Source: an uncultured Chloroflexia bacterium
Lineage (GTDB): Bacteria > Chloroflexota > Dehalococcoidia > DSTF01 > JACRBR01
Reading direction: 5' to 3'
NCBI GenBank assembly: GCA_963843685.1
Contig: CAWJLO010000006.1
Span: forward strand, 41,680 to 105,679
Length of the DNA stretch: 64,000 bases
The notes beneath the pieces are model-generated. The model made no database searches and was not told the DNA's origin. It saw only the letters and a list, made by a program, of their open reading frames with translations. The translations under genes were made by a program, and so were the position numbers. Below are positions 37,908 through 47,413 of the stretch, piece by piece; position 1 is the first letter of the stretch, and each line of letters starts with the position of its first letter.

Positions 37908-39773
37908 ATGCAAGACCTTCTCGTCACCCCGCTTCCGCAGTCCGTGAAACGCACTTCCGGCACCTACACCATCGCAAAGGACCGCACCATCGTCCTCTTC
38001 GGCGAGGCGGCGCAGCACGGCACCGTCGCCGCCCAGCGCCTGCAGTCCGCGCTCGCGAAGTACGCCGGCGCCGCATGGGAGATCCGCGCCGCCTCCGGCA
38101 TGGCCGAGCGCGAGGGCGTCGTCGCCGCCATCGACCATCGCGTCGAGAAGCGCGAGGGCTACCACCTGACGATCGGCGACGAGCGCATCGGCATCGTCGC
38201 CCGTGACGGCGCCGGCCTCGCCCACGGCTTCGCCACGCTCACGCAGATCGTCCGCCAGTACGGCAAGCGCCTCCCCCGACTCCACATCGAGGACCATCCC
38301 GAGTTCGCCCACCGCGGCGTCATGCTCGACATCAGCCGCGACAAGGTGCCGACGATGGCCACGCTCTACGGCCTCGTCGACATGCTCGCCGAGTGGAAGG
38401 TCAACCAGTTCCAGCTCTACATGGAGCACACCTTCGCCTACGAGCGCCACCGCGCCGTCTGGAAGGACGCATCGCCCATGACCGGCGAGGAGGTGCTCGC
38501 CCTCGACGCCTACTGCCGCGACCGCAACGTCGAGCTCGTCCCGAACCAGAACAGCTTCGGCCACATGGCCCGCTGGCTCGAGAAGAAGCCTTACAACGAC
38601 CTCGCCGAGTGCCCGCGCGGCGCCACCGTGCCGTGGGGCAAGCTGCCGCCGTTCACGCTCGACCCCTCCGACAAGCGCTCGCTCGCCCTCGTCGACGAGC
38701 TCTACGCCGAGCTCCTGCCGCACTTCACCAGCCGAATGTTCAACGTCGGCTGCGACGAGACGTTCGACCTCGGCCAGGGCAAGAGCAAGGCGCTGTGCAA
38801 GAAGCTCGGCACCGGCCGCGTCTATCTCGACTTCCTGCTCAAGATCCACGAGCTCTGCGAGAAGCACGGCCGCAAGATGATGTTCTGGGGCGACATCATC
38901 ATGCAGCACCCCGAGCTGATCGGCGAGATCCCCCGCGACGCCACCGCGCTCGAGTGGGGCTACGAGCACGATCACGCCTACGACGCCGACACGAAGGCCT
39001 TCCGGAAGGCCGGCCTGCCCTACTACGTCTGCCCCGGCACCGGCGCCTGGATCTCCCTCATCGGCCGCACCGACAACGCCGTCGCCAACATCACCAACGC
39101 CGCGACGAACGGCCGCAAGCACGGCGCCGTCGGCCTCCTGAACACCGACTGGGGCGACAACGGCCACATGCAGCCCCTCCCCGTCTCGTACCTCGGCATG
39201 CTCTACGGCGCGGCGATGTCCTGGTCGCCGTCACAGAGCGAAGGCATGGACCTCCCCCGCGCCCTCAGCCTGCACGCCTTCGACGACCCCTCCGGCGTCA
39301 CCGGCCGCGCGGCCTACGACCTCGGCAACGCCTACCAGGTCAACGGCGCGCGCTCTCGCAACGGCACCCTGCTCGCCCAGCTCTACGCCCTGCCCCTCGA
39401 CAACGACTGGCCGATGCACCGCGTCCGCGACGGGGGCTTCGAGGACACCAGCGCCCAGCTCGCCGCCACCGTCGCGAAGCTCACGCCCGACCGCATGCGC
39501 CGCGACGACGCCGAGCAAATCGTCGAGGAGTACCGCTGCGCCGTCGAGATGGCCGACGTCGGCGCCGCCATCGGCGCAACGAAGTACGCCCGCGTCAACG
39601 GCGCCAGCGCCTCCAAGCTCCGCCCGATGTACCGCCGCGCCGCAAAGCGCCTCGACGCCGTCGTCCCCGAATACGAACGCCTCTGGCTAGCCCGCAACCG
39701 CCCCGGCGGCCTCCGCGACAGCACCGCCCGCATCGCGAAGTTGGCCGCGGACCTTCGCGCGGCGGCGGGATAG
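37908..39773 (+). CDS. glycoside hydrolase family 20 beta-N-acetylhexosaminidase-like
   Basis: ATG 37908, 621 aa. GH20 catalytic-domain motifs HRGVMLDISRDKV, VELVPNQNSFGHM, FNVGCDETFDLGQ (the HxGGDE-equivalent), and W..Y...D. The ORF track fuses it in-frame with the kinase N-frame (994 aa), which is rejected. Confidence 0.8.
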   Translation: MQDLLVTPLPQSVKRTSGTYTIAKDRTIVLFGEAAQHGTVAAQRLQSALAKYAGAAWEIRAASGMAEREGVVAAIDHRVEKREGYHLTIGDERIGIVARDGAGLAHGFATLTQIVRQYGKRLPRLHIEDHPEFAHRGVMLDISRDKVPTMATLYGLVDMLAEWKVNQFQLYMEHTFAYERHRAVWKDASPMTGEEVLALDAYCRDRNVELVPNQNSFGHMARWLEKKPYNDLAECPRGATVPWGKLPPFTLDPSDKRSLALVDELYAELLPHFTSRMFNVGCDETFDLGQGKSKALCKKLGTGRVYLDFLLKIHELCEKHGRKMMFWGDIIMQHPELIGEIPRDATALEWGYEHDHAYDADTKAFRKAGLPYYVCPGTGAWISLIGRTDNAVANITNAATNGRKHGAVGLLNTDWGDNGHMQPLPVSYLGMLYGAAMSWSPSQSEGMDLPRALSLHAFDDPSGVTGRAAYDLGNAYQVNGARSRNGTLLAQLYALPLDNDWPMHRVRDGGFEDTSAQLAATVAKLTPDRMRRDDAEQIVEEYRCAVEMADVGAAIGATKYARVNGASASKLRPMYRRAAKRLDAVVPEYERLWLARNRPGGLRDSTARIAKLAADLRAAAG

Positions 39774-39783
39774 CGCGATTTCG

Positions 39784-40245
39784 ATGACACGCTACATCAT
39801 CGAACTGCAGTCGGACGTCGACACAGCCGGCATCGACGCGCACGACCTCGAACACGTCGCCGAGCGCGCCCTCGAGGCCGAGAACGTCGCGAAGCCCGCG
39901 GAACTGAGCATCATGCTCGCCGACGACGCGACCGTACGCGAGCTGAACCATCAGTATCGCAGCACGGACGCCACGACCGACGTCCTCTCCTTCTCACAGG
40001 CCGAGGGCGACGACTTCGCCCAGCCCGAGGGCACCGCTCCCCACCTCGGCGACGTCATCATCAGCGTCGACACCGCCCGTCGCCAGGCCGACGAGCACAG
40101 CATCCCCCTGCAGGACGAGCTCGCGCACCTGCTCGTCCACGGCGTCCTGCACCTGCTCGGCTACGACCACGAAGCCCCGGACGACGAGCGCATCATGCGC
40201 GCCCGCGAAGACGCCATCCTCGGCGCCTCCGCGCATCATCACTAG
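39784..40245 (+). CDS. ybeY: rRNA maturation endoribonuclease YbeY
   Basis: 153 aa; metal-binding H-x-x-x-H-x-x-x-x-x-H (HLLVHGVLHLLGYDH). Confidence 0.85.
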   Translation: MTRYIIELQSDVDTAGIDAHDLEHVAERALEAENVAKPAELSIMLADDATVRELNHQYRSTDATTDVLSFSQAEGDDFAQPEGTAPHLGDVIISVDTARRQADEHSIPLQDELAHLLVHGVLHLLGYDHEAPDDERIMRAREDAILGASAHHH

Positions 40246-40249
40246 GCCG

Positions 40250-41044
40250 TCAGCCCGGCGCGCCCCACACGACCTGCGCCGACGCCTCGAGGCCCAGCAC
40301 ACCCTCCACCGCGTACGACTCCACGATCTCCCGCACCTGCGCGTCGAACGCGGCCGCGTTCTCCGGCCCCATACGCTCGCGGGCGAGCCCCGCGCTCGCG
40401 TGCTGCGCCTCGACGTAGTCATCCACGCTCCGGCTGAACGGCAAGGGCCCGATCGTCGCCTCTCCCGCCTTCGTGAACAGCCCGCGGGCCGCCAGCTCTT
40501 CCACCAGGTCGTAGCGCTCGAAGTCCTGCATCGCCGAGTAGCGCACGATCGGCGCCATCAGCTGCTCCAGCCAGGGCGCCTCGTATCGCGCGCTGACGAT
40601 CGCCAGATGCGCGCCCGGCGCGAGCGCCGCCCGCACCTTCGGCAACACCACCTCCCACTCCATCCAGTGCAGCGCGTCGCCCGACACCGCCAGCGCGTAC
40701 GGTCCGCCGAACTCGATTTCCTCCGCCTTGCCCTGGATCCAGTGGATCGCCGCATGCTCTCCGCCCGCCATCGCGCGCCCTCGGCCGAGCATCGGCGCCG
40801 AGACGTCGATCGCGTCGATCCGCTCGACGTGCGGCGCCAGCATGCGCGTGATCTCGCCCGTGCCGCAGCCAAGTTCGAGCACAGCCCCCGCCGGCGAGGT
40901 CATCAGCCCGGCCAGGAACGCAGCCAGTTCAGGCGGGTACGGCGTCCGCAGGTGGTACGACCCCACCACGCCCTCGAGCTGAAACGTGGCCGCATTGTGT
41001 GCCGTCAGGTGCGCGGGACGCGGACGAGCACTCATCGAGCGCAC
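40250..41044 (-). CDS. class I SAM-dependent methyltransferase
   Basis: 264 aa; motif I VLELGCGTGEIT, motif post-I IDAIDVS, motif II ...ALAVSGDALHWM. Confidence 0.8.
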   Translation of the reverse strand: MRSMSARPRPAHLTAHNAATFQLEGVVGSYHLRTPYPPELAAFLAGLMTSPAGAVLELGCGTGEITRMLAPHVERIDAIDVSAPMLGRGRAMAGGEHAAIHWIQGKAEEIEFGGPYALAVSGDALHWMEWEVVLPKVRAALAPGAHLAIVSARYEAPWLEQLMAPIVRYSAMQDFERYDLVEELAARGLFTKAGEATIGPLPFSRSVDDYVEAQHASAGLARERMGPENAAAFDAQVREIVESYAVEGVLGLEASAQVVWGAPG

Positions 41045-41342
41045 GATATCACGAGGGCTTCTCGGCCACCGCTAAAGTGCTGACCGGCTCGAGTGCTGAA
41101 GTGCTCCGAATGACACGAAACGCTTGGAGATCGCAGCCGCGCCGGCGTAGCATCGCCTCATGTTCCCGTATTCTGCCCGCCGCACGTCTGCGCTGCTGAG
41201 CCCTGCGAGCACCTGCTGGCGGATGCTAACCAAAGCGTTAAGTGGGCACGGTGTTGTGGGAAATCGTTGCGCACACCGGCCGTGGATTCAGAGCGCGAGG
41301 TCGTCGTCCTGTCTTGGCGCCGGCCGCACGGCCAACCCGCCG

Positions 41343-42827
41343 TCAGGCGAAGATGTTGGTCGCGCGCTGCGCCGCTTCGATCAGCGGGATCGGGTACACG
41401 CCGAACGTCAGCACGCCGAGACCGGCGAGCACCAACAGGCCCTCGGTGAGGATCGGCGTGCGGAGCGCGGGCTCCCCCTCCGCCTCACTCAGGTACATCT
41501 GCCGCGCCACGCCGAGGTAGTAGAAAGCGGACACGGCCGTATTCAGCACGGCGATGACCACCAGCCACACCAGGTCCGCCTGGACGGCCGCATTGAAGAT
41601 GTAGATCTTTGCGATGAACCCCGCCGTCGGCGGCAGTCCGGTCAGCGACAGCAGGCAGAAGAGCAGCACCGCCGCCGGGATCGGCGCACGTCGGCCCATG
41701 CCCGCGTAATCGGCGATCTCGTCGCTCCCCGTGCGCGCGCCGATGGCCATCACGGCGAAGAAGGCGCCCAGGTTCGTGAACGCGTACGTCGCGAGGAACA
41801 GCACGACGCCGCTGGCCCCCGGCAGCGAGCCGCCGTCCGTGATGTACGTGACCGCCGCGAGCCCGACGAGGAAGTTGCCCGCCTGCGCGATCGAGCTGTA
41901 ACCCAGCATGCGGCGGATGTTCGTCTGTCGCAGCGCCATCACGTTCCCGACCGTCATCGACACCGCGGCCAGCACCGCGAACAGCATCTTCCAGTCGTTG
42001 CCCACGAACGTGTGCGGGCCGAACCCCTCGAAGAAGATCCGCATCACCACGGCAAACGCCGCCGCCTTGCTGCCGACCGAGAGGAACGCCGCGACCGGCG
42101 CCGGCGCGCCCTGGTACACGTCCGGCGTCCACATCTGGAACGGCACGATCGCCATCTTGAAGCCGAAGCCCGCCGCCATGAACACCATGCTGAAGATCAG
42201 CGCCGAGCGGATGCCGCTGTCGCCGGACGCGATCGTCGACGCGATGCTCGGCGAGCCGTCGGTGCTGATCAGGTGCGTAGTGCCGGCGATGCCGAAGAGG
42301 AACGCCATGCCGTACAGGATCACGGCCGACGCGACCGCCCCGAGCAGCAGGTACTTCAGCGCGGCCTCGCTGCCCTGGTCGTCACGCAGGAAGCCGGCAA
42401 GGATGAACTGCGTGATGCTCGTCAACTCCAGCGAGACGAAGATCGTGACGAGGTCGCGTGCGCCGGACAGCAGCATCATGCCCGACGTGGCGATCAGCAT
42501 CAGCGCGAAGAACTCGCCCTGCCGCGGGCCGAACTTGTCGGTGTAGTCGAGCGAGGCGAGGATCACGGAGCCGGACACGCCGATGAAGAGGAACGTGAAG
42601 AAGATGCTGAAGTTGTCGAGCGCCATCGTGTCGTCGTAGAACGACGCCTGCCGGTCGCGCAGTATCAGGATGACGAGCCACAACGCCGCCGCGCCCAGTC
42701 CGGCGATCGCGACGCCCGCCAGCCATTTCTTTCGGTCGCTAGGCGTCGCCAGGTCGCCGATCAGCACGAGGCCGGCCGTGACCATGACGGCGACGATCGG
42801 CCCCAGGCGGTCGAGGTCTGCCAGCAT
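41343..42827 (-). CDS. nuoN: NADH-quinone oxidoreductase subunit N
   Basis: The start is taken at MLADLDRLGPIVAVMV (ATG 42827, overlapping the nuoM TGA by 1 nt; TGATG). The ORF-track N-extension to 43019 is Arg-rich. 494 aa, a NuoN-type antiporter-like subunit. Confidence 0.85.
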   Translation of the reverse strand: MLADLDRLGPIVAVMVTAGLVLIGDLATPSDRKKWLAGVAIAGLGAAALWLVILILRDRQASFYDDTMALDNFSIFFTFLFIGVSGSVILASLDYTDKFGPRQGEFFALMLIATSGMMLLSGARDLVTIFVSLELTSITQFILAGFLRDDQGSEAALKYLLLGAVASAVILYGMAFLFGIAGTTHLISTDGSPSIASTIASGDSGIRSALIFSMVFMAAGFGFKMAIVPFQMWTPDVYQGAPAPVAAFLSVGSKAAAFAVVMRIFFEGFGPHTFVGNDWKMLFAVLAAVSMTVGNVMALRQTNIRRMLGYSSIAQAGNFLVGLAAVTYITDGGSLPGASGVVLFLATYAFTNLGAFFAVMAIGARTGSDEIADYAGMGRRAPIPAAVLLFCLLSLTGLPPTAGFIAKIYIFNAAVQADLVWLVVIAVLNTAVSAFYYLGVARQMYLSEAEGEPALRTPILTEGLLVLAGLGVLTFGVYPIPLIEAAQRATNIFA

Positions 42828-44326
42828 CAGCCCAGCACCTTCACGATGTTGATGATCCCGGTATCGAGCACGTCGGTGACAAGCGACGGCCGCAGCCCGA
42901 CGCCGACGATGACGATGACGAGCGCGGCCATGGGGATCTGCTCCCACCACATGTTCGCGTCGGGCAGTTTTTCCCAGCGCTCGTTCTTCGGCCCGAAGAA
43001 GACGCGCTGCACCGTCCACGTGATATATCCCGCTGAGAGCAGGATGCCGAAGACGGCGATGATCGTCGGCGCGGTGTACTTGTCGAAGCTGCCGAGGAAC
43101 ACGAGCAACTCGGCGACAAAGCCGGACATCGCCGGCAGCCCGAGTGCGGCCAGCCCGGCGATGATGGCAACCGTGGCCGCCAGCGGCATGGTGTTCGCGA
43201 GGCCGGAGAGCTGGTCGATATCGCGCGTGTGGGCGCGGTCGTAGATGATGCCCACCATCACGAAGAGCAAGGCCGTGATCGTGCCGTGCGTGAACATCTG
43301 CAGCGCCGCGCCGTCCAGGCTGACGTGGCCCAGCGCGGCGACGCCGAGCAGCACGTAGCCCATGTGGCTGACGCTCGAATAGGCGACGAGGCGTTTCAGG
43401 TCCTTCTGTCTCAGCGTGAGGACGGCACCGTAGATAACGCTCACGGCGGCCAGCGTCGCAAGCCAGACGCCGTAATCAGACGCGGTCTTCGGCATGAGCG
43501 TGATGAGGACGCGCAGGATGCCGTAGCCCCCCATCTTCAGCAGCACGCCGGCCAGGATGACGGAGACGGCCGTCGGCGCGTCGGTGTGGGCATCAGGCAG
43601 CCACGTGTGCAGCGGGAACACGGGCAGCTTCACCGCAAAGGCGATGAAGATGAAGCCGAAGATCAGCCAGAGCGGCATCAGCGTGCTGGAGATCGTGCTC
43701 TGTTGCAGCGCCACCATGTCGAAGGTGTGTACCGGTTCGGCGCTGAAGCCCATCACGAGGAAGCCGACGAGCATGAACGCGGAGCCGGCGACGGTGTAGA
43801 GCAGGAACTTCATCGCCGAGTACTCTTTGCGCCCGCTGCCCCAGACCGAGATCAGCATGTACATCGGCAGCAGCTCGACCTCCCAGAACAGGAAGAACAG
43901 GATCAGGTCGAGCGACGTGAAGACGCCGAGCACTCCCGTCTCGAGCGCGAGCAGCCAGATGAAGTACTCCTTCGTGCGGAGCTTCACGCCGAACGAGATC
44001 AGCGTGGCGACGACGAACAGGAACGTCGTCAACAGCACCATCGTGATGCCGAGGCCGTCGACGCCCATGTGGAACTGCACGTCGAAGCCAGCCTTTGCGG
44101 AGTCGATCCACGTGGCCTGCGTGGAGAACTGGAACGGCGACGTCTGCACCTGACCTGGGCTACGGGCGAACTGCGCCAGCAGGATGAGAGACGTGATGAA
44201 CACGGTCCCCGTCGCCATGAGCGCGAGCCACTTCGTCTGACCCTGGTCGTCGCGCGGGACCGTCAGCAGGATCACAGCGGCGGCGGTGGCCGGGAAGAAG
44301 ACGGTGAAGACGAGCACTCCGTTCAC
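42827..44326 (-). CDS. nuoM: NADH-quinone oxidoreductase subunit M
   Basis: 499 aa; MNGVLVFTVFFP..., antiporter-like ND4 family. Confidence 0.85.
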   Translation of the reverse strand: MNGVLVFTVFFPATAAAVILLTVPRDDQGQTKWLALMATGTVFITSLILLAQFARSPGQVQTSPFQFSTQATWIDSAKAGFDVQFHMGVDGLGITMVLLTTFLFVVATLISFGVKLRTKEYFIWLLALETGVLGVFTSLDLILFFLFWEVELLPMYMLISVWGSGRKEYSAMKFLLYTVAGSAFMLVGFLVMGFSAEPVHTFDMVALQQSTISSTLMPLWLIFGFIFIAFAVKLPVFPLHTWLPDAHTDAPTAVSVILAGVLLKMGGYGILRVLITLMPKTASDYGVWLATLAAVSVIYGAVLTLRQKDLKRLVAYSSVSHMGYVLLGVAALGHVSLDGAALQMFTHGTITALLFVMVGIIYDRAHTRDIDQLSGLANTMPLAATVAIIAGLAALGLPAMSGFVAELLVFLGSFDKYTAPTIIAVFGILLSAGYITWTVQRVFFGPKNERWEKLPDANMWWEQIPMAALVIVIVGVGLRPSLVTDVLDTGIINIVKVLG

Positions 44327-44330
44327 GCGG

Positions 44331-46304
44331 CTACCTCTCCACCAGGATCAGCGTCAGGAACGCCATCAGCAGCAGCCCGGCGAAGCCGACGCTCCCGTAC
44401 GCCTGGAACGAACCGGACTGGATCCATCGCAGGCCGTCGCTGATCTTCCCCGCCAGCCAACCTGCGCCGTTGACCGCACGGTCGACGACGTTGGTGTCGA
44501 ACCACTGACCCGCGAACGTGGCGGTGCCGTACAGGCCGCGCCGGATGATCACGTCCTCGTACAGCTCATCCATGTAGTACTTGCGCGCGACGAGCGTGTG
44601 GACCGGGCCAAAGACCTTCTGCAGCGATTCGGCCGTAACCACGCGCACCTGGTAGATCGCGTACGCGACGCCGATCCCCGCGAGGGCGAGCAGCGTCGAA
44701 AGGGCGGCGAGGCCGAAGTTGAACCCTTCGTGGTGTAGCGACTCCGCGGACGACGCCGGGAGCGCCCCCTCAAGCAGGTGCGCGAGACCCTCCGTCGCGT
44801 TGTTCGGGAAGTTGACGAAGCCCGCGAGCGCCGCAGGCACCGCCAGGATCAACAGCGGCAGCGCCATGACGAGCGGCGACTCGTGGGGCGCGCCGGCGTG
44901 TGCGTCGTGGGCGCCGTGCTCCGGCGCCTCGCCACCCTTGTACTCGCCCTCGAACGTGAGGAAGATCGCGCGGAACGTGTACAGCGCCGTCATGAACACG
45001 ACGGCCATGCCGATGACCCAGAGGAACTTGTCGTCGGCCCAGGCCGCGCCCAGGACCTCGTCCTTCGACCAGAATCCCGCGAACGGGACGACGCCCGACA
45101 GGCTCAGCCCGCCGATGAGGAACGTGGCGAACGTGATGGGCATGTGCTTGCGGAGGCCGCCCATCTTCCGCATGTCGAACGTGCCAGTTGCGTGGTTCAC
45201 GGAGCCGGAGCCCAGGAACAGCAGCGACTTGAAGAAGGCGTGCGTGAACAGGTGGAAGATCGCCGCCACATAGCCACCCGTGCCGAGCGCGAGCATCATG
45301 TAGCCGAGCTGGCTGATCGTCGAATACGCGAGCACCCGCTTGATGTCGGTCATGACGATGCCCATGGACGCAGCCATGATCGCCGTGAAGGCGCCGATGT
45401 AGGCGACGGTGTGCAGCGCCGTCGACGAGACCTGGAACACCGGGTACATGCGCGCGACGAGATAGACGCCGGCCGCGACCATCGTCGCGGCGTGGATGAG
45501 CGCGGAGACCGGCGTCGGGCCCTCCATCGCATCGGGGAGCCAGACGTGCAGCGGGAACTGCGCCGACTTGCCGACAGCGCCGGCGAAGATGCCAAGCGCG
45601 AAGAGCGTCAGCACAGCGTCGCTGAGTTGGTGATTCTGGGCGATCTGCTGGATCAGCGGGATGTTGAAGGTATCCGTCTTCGTCCAGATCAGCAGGATGG
45701 CGAGCAGGAAGCCGATATCGCCGAGGCGGGTCGTGAGGAAGGCCTTCTTCGCCGCGTCGCCCGCCGACTTCTTCTGGAACCAGAACCCGATCAGCAGGTA
45801 GGAACCGAGACCGACGAGCTCCCAGAACACGTACATGATGAGGATGCTGTCGACCATGACCAGCCCGAGCATGGCGGCCGTAAACAGCGACATCCAGGCG
45901 AAGTAGCGGGAGTAGCCGCCATCGCCCTCCATGTAGCCCTGCGAATAGACCTGCACCAGCAGCGAGACCGACGTGACGACGACAAGCATGATCGCGCTCA
46001 GACCGTCGATGCGGAGACCGACGTTGACCGTCAGGCTGGGGCCGCCAAGCTGCTGCAGGATCGGATTGTCGGCGTGGATGGAGAGCCACTCGTACGTGCC
46101 GAAGTGCAGCGCCTGGCCGTCCGTGTTGATCACGCTGTCCAACGCCCAGAGCGCGAACAGAAACGCCGTGCCCACGGCGGCGATGGTGACGTAGCCGGAC
46201 AGCCGCGGATACGGCTTCGTGATGAAGCCGATGATCAGCAGCGAGGCGACCGGCAGCAGCAGGATCGACCAGGCGACGCCTTCGGGGATCGTCGGTAGGA
46301 GCAC
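44331..46304 (-). CDS. nuoL: NADH-quinone oxidoreductase subunit L
   Basis: 657 aa; ND5 family with the long C-terminal horizontal-helix region. Confidence 0.85.
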   Translation of the reverse strand: MLLPTIPEGVAWSILLLPVASLLIIGFITKPYPRLSGYVTIAAVGTAFLFALWALDSVINTDGQALHFGTYEWLSIHADNPILQQLGGPSLTVNVGLRIDGLSAIMLVVVTSVSLLVQVYSQGYMEGDGGYSRYFAWMSLFTAAMLGLVMVDSILIMYVFWELVGLGSYLLIGFWFQKKSAGDAAKKAFLTTRLGDIGFLLAILLIWTKTDTFNIPLIQQIAQNHQLSDAVLTLFALGIFAGAVGKSAQFPLHVWLPDAMEGPTPVSALIHAATMVAAGVYLVARMYPVFQVSSTALHTVAYIGAFTAIMAASMGIVMTDIKRVLAYSTISQLGYMMLALGTGGYVAAIFHLFTHAFFKSLLFLGSGSVNHATGTFDMRKMGGLRKHMPITFATFLIGGLSLSGVVPFAGFWSKDEVLGAAWADDKFLWVIGMAVVFMTALYTFRAIFLTFEGEYKGGEAPEHGAHDAHAGAPHESPLVMALPLLILAVPAALAGFVNFPNNATEGLAHLLEGALPASSAESLHHEGFNFGLAALSTLLALAGIGVAYAIYQVRVVTAESLQKVFGPVHTLVARKYYMDELYEDVIIRRGLYGTATFAGQWFDTNVVDRAVNGAGWLAGKISDGLRWIQSGSFQAYGSVGFAGLLLMAFLTLILVER

Positions 46305-46311
46305 TATTCCT

Positions 46312-46503
46312 CTAAATCTTCCGCATGATCTCCTGGGCGACGTGCGTCTTGCTGTCCGGCACCCAGATCTCGCGTGGCTCGGCCATCGGCGCGTCGCCCG
46401 TCAGCGGCGGTACGACGCGGTTCGACACGCCCTCTGCGTCGAAGAGCTCCTTCCACACCTCGGCGGCGTAACCGTTCTTCACGTCCATCAGCTTGGACCA
46501 CAT
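46312..46503 (-). CDS. small (63 aa) soluble protein inserted between nuoK and nuoL; DUF2007-like (PII-like fold) by recollection
   Basis: MWSKLMDVKNGYAAEVWKELFDAEGVSNRVVPPLTGDAPMAEPREIWVPDSKTHVAQEIMRKI. It fills the nuoK-nuoL gap exactly (8 nt before the nuoL start, 50 nt after the nuoK stop). Composition is not Arg-rich, unlike the antisense ORFs. Confidence 0.55.
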   Translation of the reverse strand: MWSKLMDVKNGYAAEVWKELFDAEGVSNRVVPPLTGDAPMAEPREIWVPDSKTHVAQEIMRKI

Positions 46504-46513
46504 CTCGCTATCA

Positions 46514-46533
46514 GAACCTCGAACCTAGAACCT
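46514..46533. repeat. triple direct repeat GAACCT-c-GAACCT-a-GAACCT (mRNA sense AGGUUC x3, 7-nt period) in the nuoK-small-ORF intergenic region
   Basis: Read directly: tcaGAACCTcGAACCTaGAACCTgg, immediately upstream (mRNA sense) of the 46503 start codon. Confidence 0.8.
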
Positions 46534-46553
46534 GGCACCGCGCGATCCGGAAG

Positions 46554-46886
46554 TCACCATTTCAGCAGATCAATCTCGTCGATGTTCACCGTGCCGCGAT
46601 GGCGGTATACGGCAATCGCCAGCGCGAGCGCGACCGACGCCTCGGCCGCTGCTACGGTGATGACGAAGAGCGCGAATACCTGGCCGTCGAGCGGGTGCGG
46701 CGACACGACGAACCGCGAGAACGCGAGCAGTGTCACGTTGACGGCGTTGAGCATCAGTTCCACGCCCATCAGTACGCCGATCGCGTTGCGCTTCGACAGT
46801 GCCAGAAAGAGCCCGATCGCGAAGAGGAACGCGCCGACGACGAGCACGTTCTCCAGGCGCACCGAGGCCAGCAACACGTCAGGCAC
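46554..46886 (-). CDS. nuoK: NADH-quinone oxidoreductase subunit K
   Basis: 110 aa; ...IGVLMGVELMLNAVNV..., ND4L family, 3 TM. Confidence 0.85.
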   Translation of the reverse strand: MPDVLLASVRLENVLVVGAFLFAIGLFLALSKRNAIGVLMGVELMLNAVNVTLLAFSRFVVSPHPLDGQVFALFVITVAAAEASVALALAIAVYRHRGTVNIDEIDLLKW

Positions 46887-47394
46887 CCTCGCCCTCCTCC
46901 TCGTCTTCCTTCGTGAGGACGATCGCGCCGATCATCGCCGTCATCAGGAGCACGGAAGCAACTTCGAACGGCACGACGTACGGCTTGAGAAAGGCCTCGC
47001 CGAGCGACGCCGCCGTCGCCGGGAAGGCGCCGCGATTCGAAAGGTTCCAGTCAGTGTCATACGCCACGAACGTGATGACGGCGAAGACGAGGCCGGCGAG
47101 GATGGCGGCCGGACCGAAGAACGCTGTCTCCGAGTTCTCACGGTCGGCGGCGGGCGTCAGCATCACGGCGAACGTCATCAGCACGGCGACCGCCCCGGCG
47201 TAGATGAGGATCTGCGCCACGGCAACGAAGTCGGCTGAGAGTACGATGTAGATTCCGGCCACGCCGACAAACGTAAGCGCGAGAAACAGCACCGCGTGGA
47301 TGAGTTCACGTACGAGGGCGACCATCACGGCACAGCCCGCGGTGGTGAGCGCCAGGATCCAGAACGCCACGGTGATGCCGGTGTCGTCGATCAA
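46879..47394 (-). CDS. nuoJ: NADH-quinone oxidoreductase subunit J
   Basis: TTG 47394 (GGGGAG 8 nt upstream): MIDDTGITVAFWILALTTAGCAVMVALVRELIHAVLFLALTFVGVAGIYIVLSADFVAVAQILIYAGAVAVLM..., ND6 family. The ORF-track N-extension to 47574 is Arg-rich and overlaps nuoH. Confidence 0.8.
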   Translation of the reverse strand: MIDDTGITVAFWILALTTAGCAVMVALVRELIHAVLFLALTFVGVAGIYIVLSADFVAVAQILIYAGAVAVLMTFAVMLTPAADRENSETAFFGPAAILAGLVFAVITFVAYDTDWNLSNRGAFPATAASLGEAFLKPYVVPFEVASVLLMTAMIGAIVLTKEDEEEGEGA

Positions 47395-47413
47395 GCGCCG
47401 CACTCCCCTGGTG

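Noticed and set aside
36789-39773. 994-aa ORF in the track, looking like one giant kinase-hydrolase fusion
   Set aside because: The N-terminal 45 codons belong to the APH-like kinase, whose body continues in another frame to 37875. The GH20 gene starts at an internal ATG (37908) that happens to be in-frame. The middle of the 994-aa frame (36930-37900) is Arg/Pro-rich nonsense.
41160-46298. Long plus-strand ORFs (41160..43244, 43229..44443, 44778..46298 and others) opposite nuoN/M/L
   Set aside because: They are extremely R/D/E/H/Q-rich low-complexity translations, typical of the antisense strand of high-GC membrane-protein genes. The minus-strand products are clear NuoL/M/N.
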